From an uncultured Eubacteriales bacterium (GTDB lineage: Bacteria; Bacillota; Clostridia; Lachnospirales; CAG-274): 30,097 nt of DNA. The stretch lies in NCBI GenBank assembly GCA_902495025.1, contig CABUWB010000001.1, forward strand, positions 1-30,097, in the 5' to 3' direction. How positions within the stretch are numbered: the first letter of the stretch is position 1; each line of letters begins with the position of its first letter. Below the pieces are notes generated by a model. That model was not told where the DNA came from, searched no databases, and was given only the letters and a program-made list of their open reading frames with translations. The position numbers and the translations under genes are program-made. Shown here one piece after another: positions 1-9,112 of this stretch.

Positions 1-16
1 GGGGGATCGCTTTTAA

Positions 17-307
17 AAATATGAGGGAATAAATTACATTGATTGGGGGCTTATTGGAGTCATTTTTTTTGGGATTTTTTTTGGAATGTTTTATTTTAAC
101 AGAAAAGTTCAACGTTCTGAGTACAAGATTAGTGACTTATTTATTATATTATACTACTATAGTTTCTTGTTTAAGGGTGGCTTGGTAATTGGATCGGCTT
201 TTTTACAGGATGCTATATTTGCAGGAGTAACATATTTGTTTCTAAAATACGTAATTGAAAAGACAAGGCTCCCTAGAGTGGTATTTGGTAAGAAGAGGAT
301 TCTGTAA
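17..307 (+). CDS. 3' part of a probable O-antigen/EPS polymerase (Wzy-like), partial and possibly disrupted
   Basis: The frame of the 86..307 ORF extends upstream to 17 (KYEGINYIDWGLIGVIFFGIFFGMFY...). YxDxGxxG followed by hydrophobic helices is typical of Wzy C-termini, and the gene sits directly before wzx. In-frame TAA at 14-16. Confidence 0.55.
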   Translation, partial: KYEGINYIDWGLIGVIFFGIFFGMFYFNRKVQRSEYKISDLFIILYYYSFLFKGGLVIGSAFLQDAIFAGVTYLFLKYVIEKTRLPRVVFGKKRIL

Positions 308-342
308 GACAATTGATTATATATAATCATGGAGGGTAATAG

Positions 343-1740
343 ATGTCAAAAAAGACAGATGAATTGAGCAGAGCTACAAAGCTTAAGCTGAATTCTGCTA
401 CGGCGCTTTTAAATCAAATTATAGTTATTGTTCATGGACTAATTCTTCCGAGGCTTTATATCAATAGTTTCGGGTCAAAAACTTATGGGTTGGCTTCATC
501 AATAACACAATTCTTGGGAGTTGTATCATTAATGGAATTAGGAATGGGTGCGGTAGTTCAATCAGCTCTGTATTTGCCGTTAGCTCAAGAAGACAATTCT
601 CAAATTAGCAGAATTGTTAAAAGTGCAGAAAAGTTTTTTTCAAAAATTGGATTGGTCTTGGCTTGCTATACAGTAATATTAGCAATTGTTTATCCGTTTT
701 TCTTAAATAAGGATTTTAGTTGGTTTTTTGAAGCATCTTTGATTGTCATTATTTCAATAAGTTCTCTTGCAGAGTATTTTTTTGGTATTACATATAGACT
801 ATTAGTTGTTGCAGATCAAAGAGGTTATATTAATTGTTCAGTCCAATGCATCAGTTATATTCTTAATATTATAGTATGTACTATATTAATGAAATTTGGA
901 TATTCAATACATTTGGTTAAATTTGCATCAGCAATAGTATTTTTGATAAAGCCAATTGTGTTGATGAGATATGTAAGAAAAAAGTATGATATTGATAAAA
1001 CCATTACATATACCCATGAACCAATCAAACAGAAATGGAATGGTGTTGCACAGCATCTTGCATATTACGTGACACAACATACAGATATCTTAGTACTTAC
1101 AGTATTCTCATCACTTGAGAATATTTCGGTTTATTCGGTATATAATATTGTCACAAATGGAATTTCAACATTGATTTATTCCTTAAATAATGGAACTCAA
1201 GCATTGTTGGGGAATATGCTAGCAAGAAGAGAAAATGAAAGACTGGTTGTTTTTTTTGATAAACTTGAATGGATAATCCATAATGTTGTTGTTTTTTTCT
1301 ATGTTTGTGTTGGAGTATTAATCGTTCCATTTGTAACTGTATATACAAATGGAGTTAATGACGCAGAATACCTGCAACCACTGTTTGCGGCAGTTTTTAC
1401 GTTATCCAGTGCGGTTTATTGCCTTCGTCTGCCTTATAACATGATGGTAAATGCGGCAGGTCGCTATAAACAAACCCAAACTAGTTCGATTTTTGAAATG
1501 TGCCTTAATGTTGTAATAACACTTTCACTTGTTCCACAGTTTGGATTAATTGGAGCTGCAATAGGCACTTTAGTGGCATTGTCATATAGAACTATGTATT
1601 TGGCTCATTATTTATCAAAGAACATTATTTTTCATGATTTTAGCAAGTTTATATGGAGAATAATTAAGGATGTCTGTATTTCCACTTTGATTATAGTTTC
1701 AACTATGACTATAAGAATGCAGGATATCTCGTATGAGTAA
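343..1740 (+). CDS. wzx: Wzx-type oligosaccharide flippase (MOP superfamily), C-terminally truncated by an in-frame TAA
   Basis: Multi-TM protein with the N-terminal flippase pattern (LILPRLYINSFGSKTYGL...LMELGMG); RBS GGAGG. The frame continues past TAA 1738-1740 for 39 more codons to TAA at 1858-1860. Confidence 0.85.
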   Translation: MSKKTDELSRATKLKLNSATALLNQIIVIVHGLILPRLYINSFGSKTYGLASSITQFLGVVSLMELGMGAVVQSALYLPLAQEDNSQISRIVKSAEKFFSKIGLVLACYTVILAIVYPFFLNKDFSWFFEASLIVIISISSLAEYFFGITYRLLVVADQRGYINCSVQCISYILNIIVCTILMKFGYSIHLVKFASAIVFLIKPIVLMRYVRKKYDIDKTITYTHEPIKQKWNGVAQHLAYYVTQHTDILVLTVFSSLENISVYSVYNIVTNGISTLIYSLNNGTQALLGNMLARRENERLVVFFDKLEWIIHNVVVFFYVCVGVLIVPFVTVYTNGVNDAEYLQPLFAAVFTLSSAVYCLRLPYNMMVNAAGRYKQTQTSSIFEMCLNVVITLSLVPQFGLIGAAIGTLVALSYRTMYLAHYLSKNIIFHDFSKFIWRIIKDVCISTLIIVSTMTIRMQDISYE

Positions 1741-1861
1741 TGGATAATGCTTGCATTCAAGGTTGCGGTAATAGCGTTTGTTGAACTTGTCGGTTTTAAT
1801 TTGGTTTTTGATAATAAATTTATGACTGCGTTCTTCAAAAAAGAAAGCCAGGAGGGTTAAA

Positions 1862-2635
1862 ATGAAAAAAATCATCAAACGTATTAAGCATATAGGAATA
1901 TCAATTTGGCTTGCAGCTAAAGAGAAAACATTTTGTGCAAATGGGACAAGACTGAAGTATTTATTGTTTCAAGGGAACAAAGATGCACTAATCGTTGTTT
2001 TTTCGGCTTATAATGAAAAGCCCTTATATAATTATGTACGTTCTCTAAAGGGCATTAAAGCTACTAGACTGTATATAAAAGATGATTTTGGGGCTAATGG
2101 AAAAGGAAGTTACTATTTGGGGGAAAATGGCAATCATAATGTTGAGAAGACGGTTTATGAGTTAATTGAAAAGCAAATCATGGAAATTGGGATTATAGAT
2201 AGTTCAACAAAATTAATTTTTGTTGGTTCAAGCAAAGGAGGCTATGCAGCATTAAACTTTGCTGCAATGTATAATAATAGTTATGCAATAGTTGGTGCAC
2301 CACAGTATTTATTGGGGACACATTTAATACATGACAATCTTTATTTAATGATGGATGATATCATTGGCTGTCGTGACAGAAATAGAGTTTTAGCATTGGA
2401 TGATCATATTAGAGTAAAATACGAAAAAAAACCTCAAGAGTATAAACAAACCATATATATTCAATACTCAGAAGAGGAATACACCTATGATTTGCATATA
2501 AAACAACTGATTGAAGACTTGAAGAAAACAAGTATTGAAGTTAACTTGGAAATTCTTCATTATAAAGAACATACGGATGTTCACAAATATTTTCCTAAAT
2601 ATTTGCAAGATGTCATCTCATGTATTCTAGAATAA
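1862..2635 (+). CDS. Alpha/beta-hydrolase-fold protein (Asp2-like putative O-acetyltransferase/esterase) in the polysaccharide cluster
   Basis: Nucleophile elbow FVGSSKGGYAAL, upstream LIVVFSA strand, C-terminal His (HYKEH); RBS GGAGG. Confidence 0.65.
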   Translation: MKKIIKRIKHIGISIWLAAKEKTFCANGTRLKYLLFQGNKDALIVVFSAYNEKPLYNYVRSLKGIKATRLYIKDDFGANGKGSYYLGENGNHNVEKTVYELIEKQIMEIGIIDSSTKLIFVGSSKGGYAALNFAAMYNNSYAIVGAPQYLLGTHLIHDNLYLMMDDIIGCRDRNRVLALDDHIRVKYEKKPQEYKQTIYIQYSEEEYTYDLHIKQLIEDLKKTSIEVNLEILHYKEHTDVHKYFPKYLQDVISCILE

Positions 2636-2653
2636 TAATAAGGATGGATAATT

Positions 2654-3682
2654 ATGAATAAACCAATGGTATCTATTGTAATACCTTCGTATAATGCATC
2701 TCTATATATTGGAGATCTACTAAAGGGATTTGAATCGCAAACATATAACAATTGGGAAGTAATTGTTGTAGATGATTTATCTTCTGATGAGACTGTGTTA
2801 ATTGTTCAGGAGTACGCTCAGAATGATTGTAGGATTAAACTTTTTATTAGAGATAGATTACCAAAGGGGGCTCAAACTTGCCGAAATATTGGCATGAGTA
2901 AAGCTGTTGGTGAGTATATCACTATTATTGATGCTGATGATTTAATTGAGACTTGTTTTATAGAACAGAGAGTTAAATTTATGCTTGAACATCCTGATGT
3001 TGACTATGCCACTTTTAAGGGGCAAACAGTAACATTAGAAGCTGATGGCACTATGAATAAGAGCAAGATGTGGGGAATTAATCCGCATAAAGATATTCTA
3101 TCCTGTTTTTTACAGGCCAATTATCCTTATGGGGTATGGAATAATATATATAAGGCAACTGTTGCAAAAAGTCTACATTTTGATGAAAATGTTAAAGTGT
3201 ATCAAGATTTTGATTTTATTGTAAGTACAATACTAAATGGATATAAGCACTGTTTTGCTGAAGACAGCACTGTGGACTATTATTATCGACAGGGGCATAC
3301 TGGTAGAATTACATCAAGCTTTATTAGTGACGAGAAATATGAATCAACAAAATATCTTTTCAAAAAAACTATGCAATTGCTGAATGAGGATAAGAATTAC
3401 AACGAGTATAGAAGATGCTTCTTTAAATTTTATTTGTTGCAGTATGAGAGGGTATTAATTAATGGAAGTTATGAACAAAGCAATGATTTTAGGAAGTTTA
3501 TTAATGATGAGTTTGGGTTTCCGTTTAGTATCAAAATCAACTTGTCTTGGAAATTACTAAAAGGTTCTATAAGCGATAAGAATGGTAAGCTAAGCAAAAA
3601 AGTATTCTTTGTTGTTTACTTTTTGTTTTCTCCGTTAGAGCTTGTTTTGTGGCTTAAAAATAAGATACATCGGAAAGAATAG
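2654..3682 (+). CDS. Glycosyltransferase family 2
   Basis: VSIVIPSYN, VIVVDDLSSD, RNIG and IDADD (DxD) motifs of GT-A/GT2. Confidence 0.92.
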   Translation: MNKPMVSIVIPSYNASLYIGDLLKGFESQTYNNWEVIVVDDLSSDETVLIVQEYAQNDCRIKLFIRDRLPKGAQTCRNIGMSKAVGEYITIIDADDLIETCFIEQRVKFMLEHPDVDYATFKGQTVTLEADGTMNKSKMWGINPHKDILSCFLQANYPYGVWNNIYKATVAKSLHFDENVKVYQDFDFIVSTILNGYKHCFAEDSTVDYYYRQGHTGRITSSFISDEKYESTKYLFKKTMQLLNEDKNYNEYRRCFFKFYLLQYERVLINGSYEQSNDFRKFINDEFGFPFSIKINLSWKLLKGSISDKNGKLSKKVFFVVYFLFSPLELVLWLKNKIHRKE

Positions 3683-3750
3683 ATGTTTCAAAACAAAGTC
3701 AATGTTATACGTAGTGTCAATAGATTAGTTTGTGCTTGAGCGAGTTAGAA

Positions 3751-3776
3751 GAGCATTTAAAGATTTTTGTGTAAAC
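3751..3776. mobile_element. Possible isolated IS256-family terminal inverted repeat
   Basis: GAGCATTTAAAGATTTTTGTGTAAAC resembles, from memory, the GAG...TAAA...TGTGTAAA ends of Firmicute IS256 elements. It lies at the edge of the AT-rich cluster; there is no adjacent transposase. Confidence 0.3.
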
Positions 3777-4021
3777 AGTATAAAAACACTCCTTCTTGAT
3801 AATAATGGAAATAAAAAGGGACATACAGCTTAATAGCTGGGAGGAGATGGTCAGGCAAGTCCGGCAGCTTTTGGATAAAATGGGACGGCTGGAACAGAAC
3901 CTATTAAACGCTTACTTTATGTATGATAAATAATATATAATATTTATAAAAAATGTTGACATATATACTTAAGTAATGATAGTATATGTATATACAAACA
4001 TATTTAGTTAGGAGGGTTAAT

Positions 4022-4450
4022 ATGGCAGCAACTGAAAAGCAGATTAAGGAAGCATGGATTAGAATGGAGCAGTTAATAGATGCATTCAACTTGAATGAAA
4101 ATCTTATGCGCTATCTAATGGAAGGTCGTATTTGTTATAGTTATATGGTATCGGGAGCATTTGGATGCATAGGCACCATCGGATATAATCCAAGTTATGC
4201 AAAAATCTGTAAGGAGTTTGAAGAAGAAACTGGTGCATATGTTTATCATGTAATTGAGACTGATACTACATTTGGCACAATGATTGCATTGCTCTACGTA
4301 TCTCCTGAAACATGTGAAGAAGAATGGGAAATGGATAGATTAGAATCGAATTACATTATTGCATATGTATATAACTTAAAATATGAATCTGGAGAATATG
4401 GAGATGTATTCTTGGCATCCGATAACGGTGCTCTTGTGCGGATCGAATGA
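4022..4450 (+). CDS. Hypothetical protein (142 aa, acidic)
   Basis: Strong RBS (AGGAGG) before ATG 4022, TTGACA at 3956-3961; no recognisable catalytic motif. Confidence 0.7.
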   Translation: MAATEKQIKEAWIRMEQLIDAFNLNENLMRYLMEGRICYSYMVSGAFGCIGTIGYNPSYAKICKEFEEETGAYVYHVIETDTTFGTMIALLYVSPETCEEEWEMDRLESNYIIAYVYNLKYESGEYGDVFLASDNGALVRIE

Positions 4451-4638
4451 ACTTATTATCTCAGAAGTATTATTATCCCAGAATAATTATTCAGGGCTCG
4501 TAGTTCATATGTTTTTTAAGTTTACTTGAATAATGATAAGGTCTCTTTATAATTGATTTTGTTAAATTATTTATAAGGAGGTCAATTATGACAGAGAGCG
4601 CTATGTTTTTTTTCGGAAGTAGCGAGGCAAGTAATTAA

Positions 4639-5514
4639 TCAGCTCGAAGAGCAACACCAAATTTTCCTAAACTCCCCAGGAGTACACCCCTCCACCTTCT
4701 TAAACATTCTTGCAAAATAATTAGCATCGCTCATGCCGCAGGCATGGGCGATTTTTTCTATTGGCAGGTCGGTGAAACGGAGCATTTGTTTAGCGTGAGT
4801 GATACGCACCTGAAGAAGGTAGTTATTAACTGAAACGCCGAACTGTTCCTTAAAAATTCTGGTTAAATAGAATTTATTTATAAAGAAGATTTCAGAGAGC
4901 ATATCAAGGCTGATTTTTTCAGCATAATGAATGTCAAGATAATCCTTAACATTCTGTAGGTTTTGCTTACGGTAGGATACATGGGAATTATTTTGAGGAT
5001 TCCAGCTTTCTTCCATAAGCAGATTTAAAAGGCTAACAAGCTTTTCATATATTTTCATATCCTTAGTATAGTCAGAGGATTTAGCTATGGCAAAGATTTC
5101 CTTTAAAATATCGTTGTAGGTATCAATATTATCAGAGTGAAATGCTGGTTTGCCGCCTCTTTCAACATACTTTTCATAAATTCCGTTCATATTTGGACCA
5201 AAGAAGTGCACCCAGTTTAAAGACCACAAATTATTTTCTGTTTTATGTGCGTATGGTTTATGGCAATCGAGAAAAACGCAGTCATTTTTTGCAATGTTAT
5301 AAGTGTTGCCGTTATATTCCAAAACACCATCGCCATTTGTAACTACAAAAAACAAATAAGACGACAAATTTTCTCTCTTACTGGTATGAGGCTGTTGTGC
5401 CTGCAGCTTACCTGTTTCCTGCAAATGAATAAGGTTGGTCTTAGCAAAAGCAGATGGTGTATACAATATTCGGTCTGACTGGACAGGTGCGTCATTATAA
5501 AACAATGTATCCAT
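4639..5514 (-). CDS. AraC family transcriptional regulator
   Basis: N-terminal cupin-like ligand domain (FFVVTNGDGVL..WVHF) and C-terminal double HTH (YLTRIFKEQFG; IAHACGMSDANYFARMFKKVEGCTPGEFRK). Confidence 0.95.
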   Translation of the reverse strand: MDTLFYNDAPVQSDRILYTPSAFAKTNLIHLQETGKLQAQQPHTSKRENLSSYLFFVVTNGDGVLEYNGNTYNIAKNDCVFLDCHKPYAHKTENNLWSLNWVHFFGPNMNGIYEKYVERGGKPAFHSDNIDTYNDILKEIFAIAKSSDYTKDMKIYEKLVSLLNLLMEESWNPQNNSHVSYRKQNLQNVKDYLDIHYAEKISLDMLSEIFFINKFYLTRIFKEQFGVSVNNYLLQVRITHAKQMLRFTDLPIEKIAHACGMSDANYFARMFKKVEGCTPGEFRKIWCCSSS

Positions 5515-5586
5515 AAAATCTCTCCTAAATCTGATATTTGATATTTGCGGAATGTTTAATATGATGTAATGATGTCTTTATCTAAA

Positions 5587-5667
5587 TTCATTATAACACA
5601 AAAGTCAATATAATGCTAATAAATTACAATATATGCACTTAAAAAATTTTGAAGTATATATTAAAAT
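5587..5667. promoter_or_regulatory. Divergent araC/gmd promoter region with putative tandem AraC sites
   Basis: Minus-strand extended -10 TGTTATAAT (5587-5595); direct repeat CAATAT(A)ATGC starting at 5606 and 5627 (21 bp apart); plus-strand -10 TAAAAT 5662-5667 with a poor -35. Confidence 0.5.
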
Positions 5668-5724
5668 GATATAGCTAATATTGTGAATTTATAGTTAAAG
5701 ATAAAAAGAAAGTTGAGGATTAAA

Positions 5725-6768
5725 ATGAAAAAAGCGTTAATTACAGGTATAACAGGTCAGGACGGCTCATATCTTGCAGAATTTCTGCTTGAAAAGGGTT
5801 ATGAGGTACATGGTATTACAAGGCGTGCTTCTATTTCCAACACAGCAAGAATCGACCACATTATAGATAAAATTACTTTACATGACGGAGATTTAAGTGA
5901 CAGCTCATCTCTTATACGTATTATCAGCCTTGTTCAGCCTGATGAGATTTACAACCTTGCAGCACAGAGTCACGTTCAGGTTTCATTTGACGTGCCTGAG
6001 TATTCGGGTGATGTTGACGCTATCGGCGTATTAAGAATTTTAGAGGCTGTACGTATTCTTGGTCTCACAAAGAAAACAAAAATATATCAGGCTTCCACAT
6101 CTGAGCTTTACGGCAAGGTTGAGGAGGTTCCTCAGAGAGAAACAACTCCATTCCATCCATACAGTCCTTATGCGGTTGCAAAGCAGTACGGTTTCTGGAT
6201 TACAAAGGAGTACAGAGAGGCTTACGGTATGTTTGCTGTAAATGGTATTCTTTTCAACCATGAGTCAGAAAGACGTGGTGAGAATTTTGTTACAAGAAAA
6301 ATTACTCTTGCAGCAGGCAGAATTGCAGAGGGTTTACAGGACCACCTTGAGCTGGGTAATATGGACTCTCTTCGTGACTGGGGCTATGCAAAGGATTATG
6401 TTGAGTGTATGTGGATGATTTTACAGCACGAAACACCAGAGGATTTTGTTATTGCAACAGGTGAGCAGCATACAGTAAGAGATTTTACCGAAAAGGCATT
6501 TAAGGCTAATGGCATTGACATTCGCTGGGAGGGCGCAGGTATTGATGAAAAAGGTTATGACGCAGCAACAGGCAAAATGCTTGTATGTGTAAATCCACAG
6601 TGGTTCAGACCTACCGATGTTGACAACCTTTGGGGTGACCCAACCAAGGCTAAAACTGTACTCGGCTGGAATCCTCAGAAAACAAGCTATGCTCAGTTAG
6701 TTGAGATTATGGCTAAGCATGACAGAGAACTTGCTAAGAGAGAAAAGGCAGTAAAGGCTGCACAGTAA
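5725..6768 (+). CDS. gmd: GDP-mannose 4,6-dehydratase
   Basis: [58 protein letters not shown] 5725 follows GAGG. Confidence 0.98.
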   Translation: MKKALITGITGQDGSYLAEFLLEKGYEVHGITRRASISNTARIDHIIDKITLHDGDLSDSSSLIRIISLVQPDEIYNLAAQSHVQVSFDVPEYSGDVDAIGVLRILEAVRILGLTKKTKIYQASTSELYGKVEEVPQRETTPFHPYSPYAVAKQYGFWITKEYREAYGMFAVNGILFNHESERRGENFVTRKITLAAGRIAEGLQDHLELGNMDSLRDWGYAKDYVECMWMILQHETPEDFVIATGEQHTVRDFTEKAFKANGIDIRWEGAGIDEKGYDAATGKMLVCVNPQWFRPTDVDNLWGDPTKAKTVLGWNPQKTSYAQLVEIMAKHDRELAKREKAVKAAQ

Positions 6769-6786
6769 GAAAGAGGGCAAATTATA

Positions 6787-7731
6787 ATGATGGAAAAGAA
6801 CGCTAAAATATATGTTGCCGGTCACAGAGGTATGGTTGGCTCAGCTATTGTAAGAGAGCTTGAAAGACAGGGCTATACGAATATAATTACACGTACACAC
6901 AGTGAGCTTGACCTTTGCAGACAGGACGCAGTTGAAAAGTTTTTTGTAGAGGAAAAGCCTGAGTATGTTTTTCTTGCAGCGGCTAAGGTTGGTGGTATTG
7001 TAGCTAATCAGAGTGCGCTTGCAGACTTTATGTATGATAATATGATTCTTGAAATGAATGTTATTCATTCTGCTTGGAAAAACGGTTGCAAAAAGCTGGA
7101 GTTCCTTGGCTCCTCATGTATTTATCCACGTATGGCTCCACAGCCTATGAAGGAAAGCTGTCTTTTGACAAGCGAGCTTGAAAAGACAAACGAGGCTTAT
7201 GCTCTTGCTAAAATTTCAGGCTTAAAGTACTGTGAGTTTTTAAATAAGCAGTATGGTACGGACTATATTTCCGTAATGCCTACTAATTTATATGGACCTA
7301 ACGACAACTACCACCCAACACACAGCCACGTACTGCCTGCGCTTATCAGACGTTTTCACGAGGCTAAGGAGCAGAATTTGCCTTCTGTTACCTGCTGGGG
7401 TGACGGCAGTCCTTTAAGAGAGTTTTTATATGTTGATGACCTTGCAAACCTCTGTGTATTCCTTATGAATAATTACAGCGGCGATGAAACTGTTAATGCA
7501 GGTACAGGCAAGGAGCTTACAATTAAGGAGCTTACCGAGCTTGTAGCAAAGGTTATCGGCTATACAGGCGAAATTAAGTGGGATACAACAAAGCCAAACG
7601 GCACACCAAGAAAGCTGCTTGATGTATCAAAGGCAGCAGAGCTTGGCTGGAGCTATAAAACAGAGCTTGAGGACGGTATAAGGCTGTCCTATGAGGATTT
7701 CCTCAACAATCCTATGAGAGCAGAAAGATAA
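6787..7731 (+). CDS. fcl: GDP-L-fucose synthase
   Basis: VAGHRGMVGSA, AAAKVGGI, LGSSCIYP, YALAK, MPTNLYGP, SHVLPAL, PNGTPRK. Confidence 0.97.
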   Translation: MMEKNAKIYVAGHRGMVGSAIVRELERQGYTNIITRTHSELDLCRQDAVEKFFVEEKPEYVFLAAAKVGGIVANQSALADFMYDNMILEMNVIHSAWKNGCKKLEFLGSSCIYPRMAPQPMKESCLLTSELEKTNEAYALAKISGLKYCEFLNKQYGTDYISVMPTNLYGPNDNYHPTHSHVLPALIRRFHEAKEQNLPSVTCWGDGSPLREFLYVDDLANLCVFLMNNYSGDETVNAGTGKELTIKELTELVAKVIGYTGEIKWDTTKPNGTPRKLLDVSKAAELGWSYKTELEDGIRLSYEDFLNNPMRAER

Positions 7732-7736
7732 TTATT

Positions 7737-7769
7737 ATAAGACCGCTGTGGGAATTACGGCGGTCTTAT
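7737..7769 (+). terminator. Intra-operon stem-loop after fcl (weak terminator or mRNA-stabilising hairpin)
   Basis: ATAAGACCGCTGT-GGGAATT-ACGGCGGTCTTAT 13-bp stem (one G:U), no U-tract. Confidence 0.55.
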
Positions 7770-7795
7770 GTGCATATAAGAAAGGGTATTAAAGT

Positions 7796-9112
7796 ATGAA
7801 TATTGTGTTACTTTCAGGAGGCTCGGGTAAAAGGCTCTGGCCTCTTTCAAATGATATACGTTCAAAGCAGTTTATTAAAATTTTTAAAACCGACAGCGGT
7901 GATTATGAGTCAATGGTTCAGCGTGTTTACCGCCAGATTTGCAAGGTTGACAGTGAGGCAGTGGTAACTATTGCAACCTCTAAAACACAGGTTTCGGCAA
8001 TACATAATCAGCTTGGCGAAAATGTAGGAGTATGTGTAGAGCCTTGCAGAAGAGATACATTTCCTGCAATCGCACTTGCTACGGCATATCTGCATGATGT
8101 AAAGGGAATATTAGAGGATGAGTCAGTTGTTGTGTGTCCTGTTGACCCTTATGTTAATGATGATTATTTTGAGGCTGTTAAAAAGCTTGGTGAGCTTGCC
8201 GCTGCAGGTGACGCAAACCTTGTACTTATGGGCATTGAGCCTACATATCCAAGTGAAAAATATGGTTATATTATCCCTGCTGATAAGGAAAATGTCAGCA
8301 AGGTTGATACTTTCAAGGAAAAACCCGATACAGAAACGGCAAAAGAGTATATTAAGCAGGGCGCATTGTGGAATGGCGGTGTGTTTGCATATAAGTTGAA
8401 ATATGTGCTTGACAGGGCACATCAGCTCATTGATTTTACTGATTATGATGACTTATATTCAAAGTATGATACACTTACAAAAATCAGCTTTGATTATGCT
8501 GTTGTAGAAAAGGAAAGCAATATTAAGGTTATGCGTTTCTCAGGACAGTGGAAGGATTTAGGTACGTGGAATACACTCACCGAGGCTATGGAGGAAAATT
8601 GCGTTGGAGATGCAATGCTTAATGAAGAATGTGCTAATGTACATGTAATCAACGAGCTTGACGTACCTGTGCTTTGTATGGGCTTAAAGGATGTTGTCAT
8701 ATCGGCAAGTCCTGAGGGTATACTTGTTTCGGATAAGGAACAGTCCAGCTACATTAAGCCTTATGTTGATAAAATTGACCAGCAGATTATGTTTGCGGAA
8801 AAGTCGTGGGGCAGCTTTAGGGTGCTTGATATTGAGGACGAGAGTATGACTATAAAGGTTACTCTTAATCCGGGCAACAGCATGAATTACCATAGTCATG
8901 AAAGACGTGATGAAGTGTGGACGATTATTTCGGGCAGTGGCAGAACTATTGTGGACGGTATGGAACAGCCTGTTACAGCAGGTGATGTTATAACCATGCA
9001 GGCGGGGTGCAGACATACTATTATTGCTGATACGGAGCTGCAGATTATTGAGGTACAGCTTGGCAAGGAGATTAGCGTTAATGACAAAAAGAAATTTGAG
9101 CTTGAGGACTAA
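7796..9112 (+). CDS. manC: Mannose-1-phosphate guanylyltransferase with C-terminal cupin domain
   Basis: LSGGSGKRLWPLS, EP..RDT, YGYI, FKEKP, WNGG, SFDYAVVEK, WKDLGTW; C-terminal KSWG..HERRDEVW cupin. Confidence 0.95.
   Translation: MNIVLLSGGSGKRLWPLSNDIRSKQFIKIFKTDSGDYESMVQRVYRQICKVDSEAVVTIATSKTQVSAIHNQLGENVGVCVEPCRRDTFPAIALATAYLHDVKGILEDESVVVCPVDPYVNDDYFEAVKKLGELAAAGDANLVLMGIEPTYPSEKYGYIIPADKENVSKVDTFKEKPDTETAKEYIKQGALWNGGVFAYKLKYVLDRAHQLIDFTDYDDLYSKYDTLTKISFDYAVVEKESNIKVMRFSGQWKDLGTWNTLTEAMEENCVGDAMLNEECANVHVINELDVPVLCMGLKDVVISASPEGILVSDKEQSSYIKPYVDKIDQQIMFAEKSWGSFRVLDIEDESMTIKVTLNPGNSMNYHSHERRDEVWTIISGSGRTIVDGMEQPVTAGDVITMQAGCRHTIIADTELQIIEVQLGKEISVNDKKKFELED

Noticed and set aside
62..1260. 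T7-T8 homopolymers in wzy/wzx as phase-variation tracts
   Set aside because: Short, in frame and expected in AT-rich Phe-rich membrane genes.
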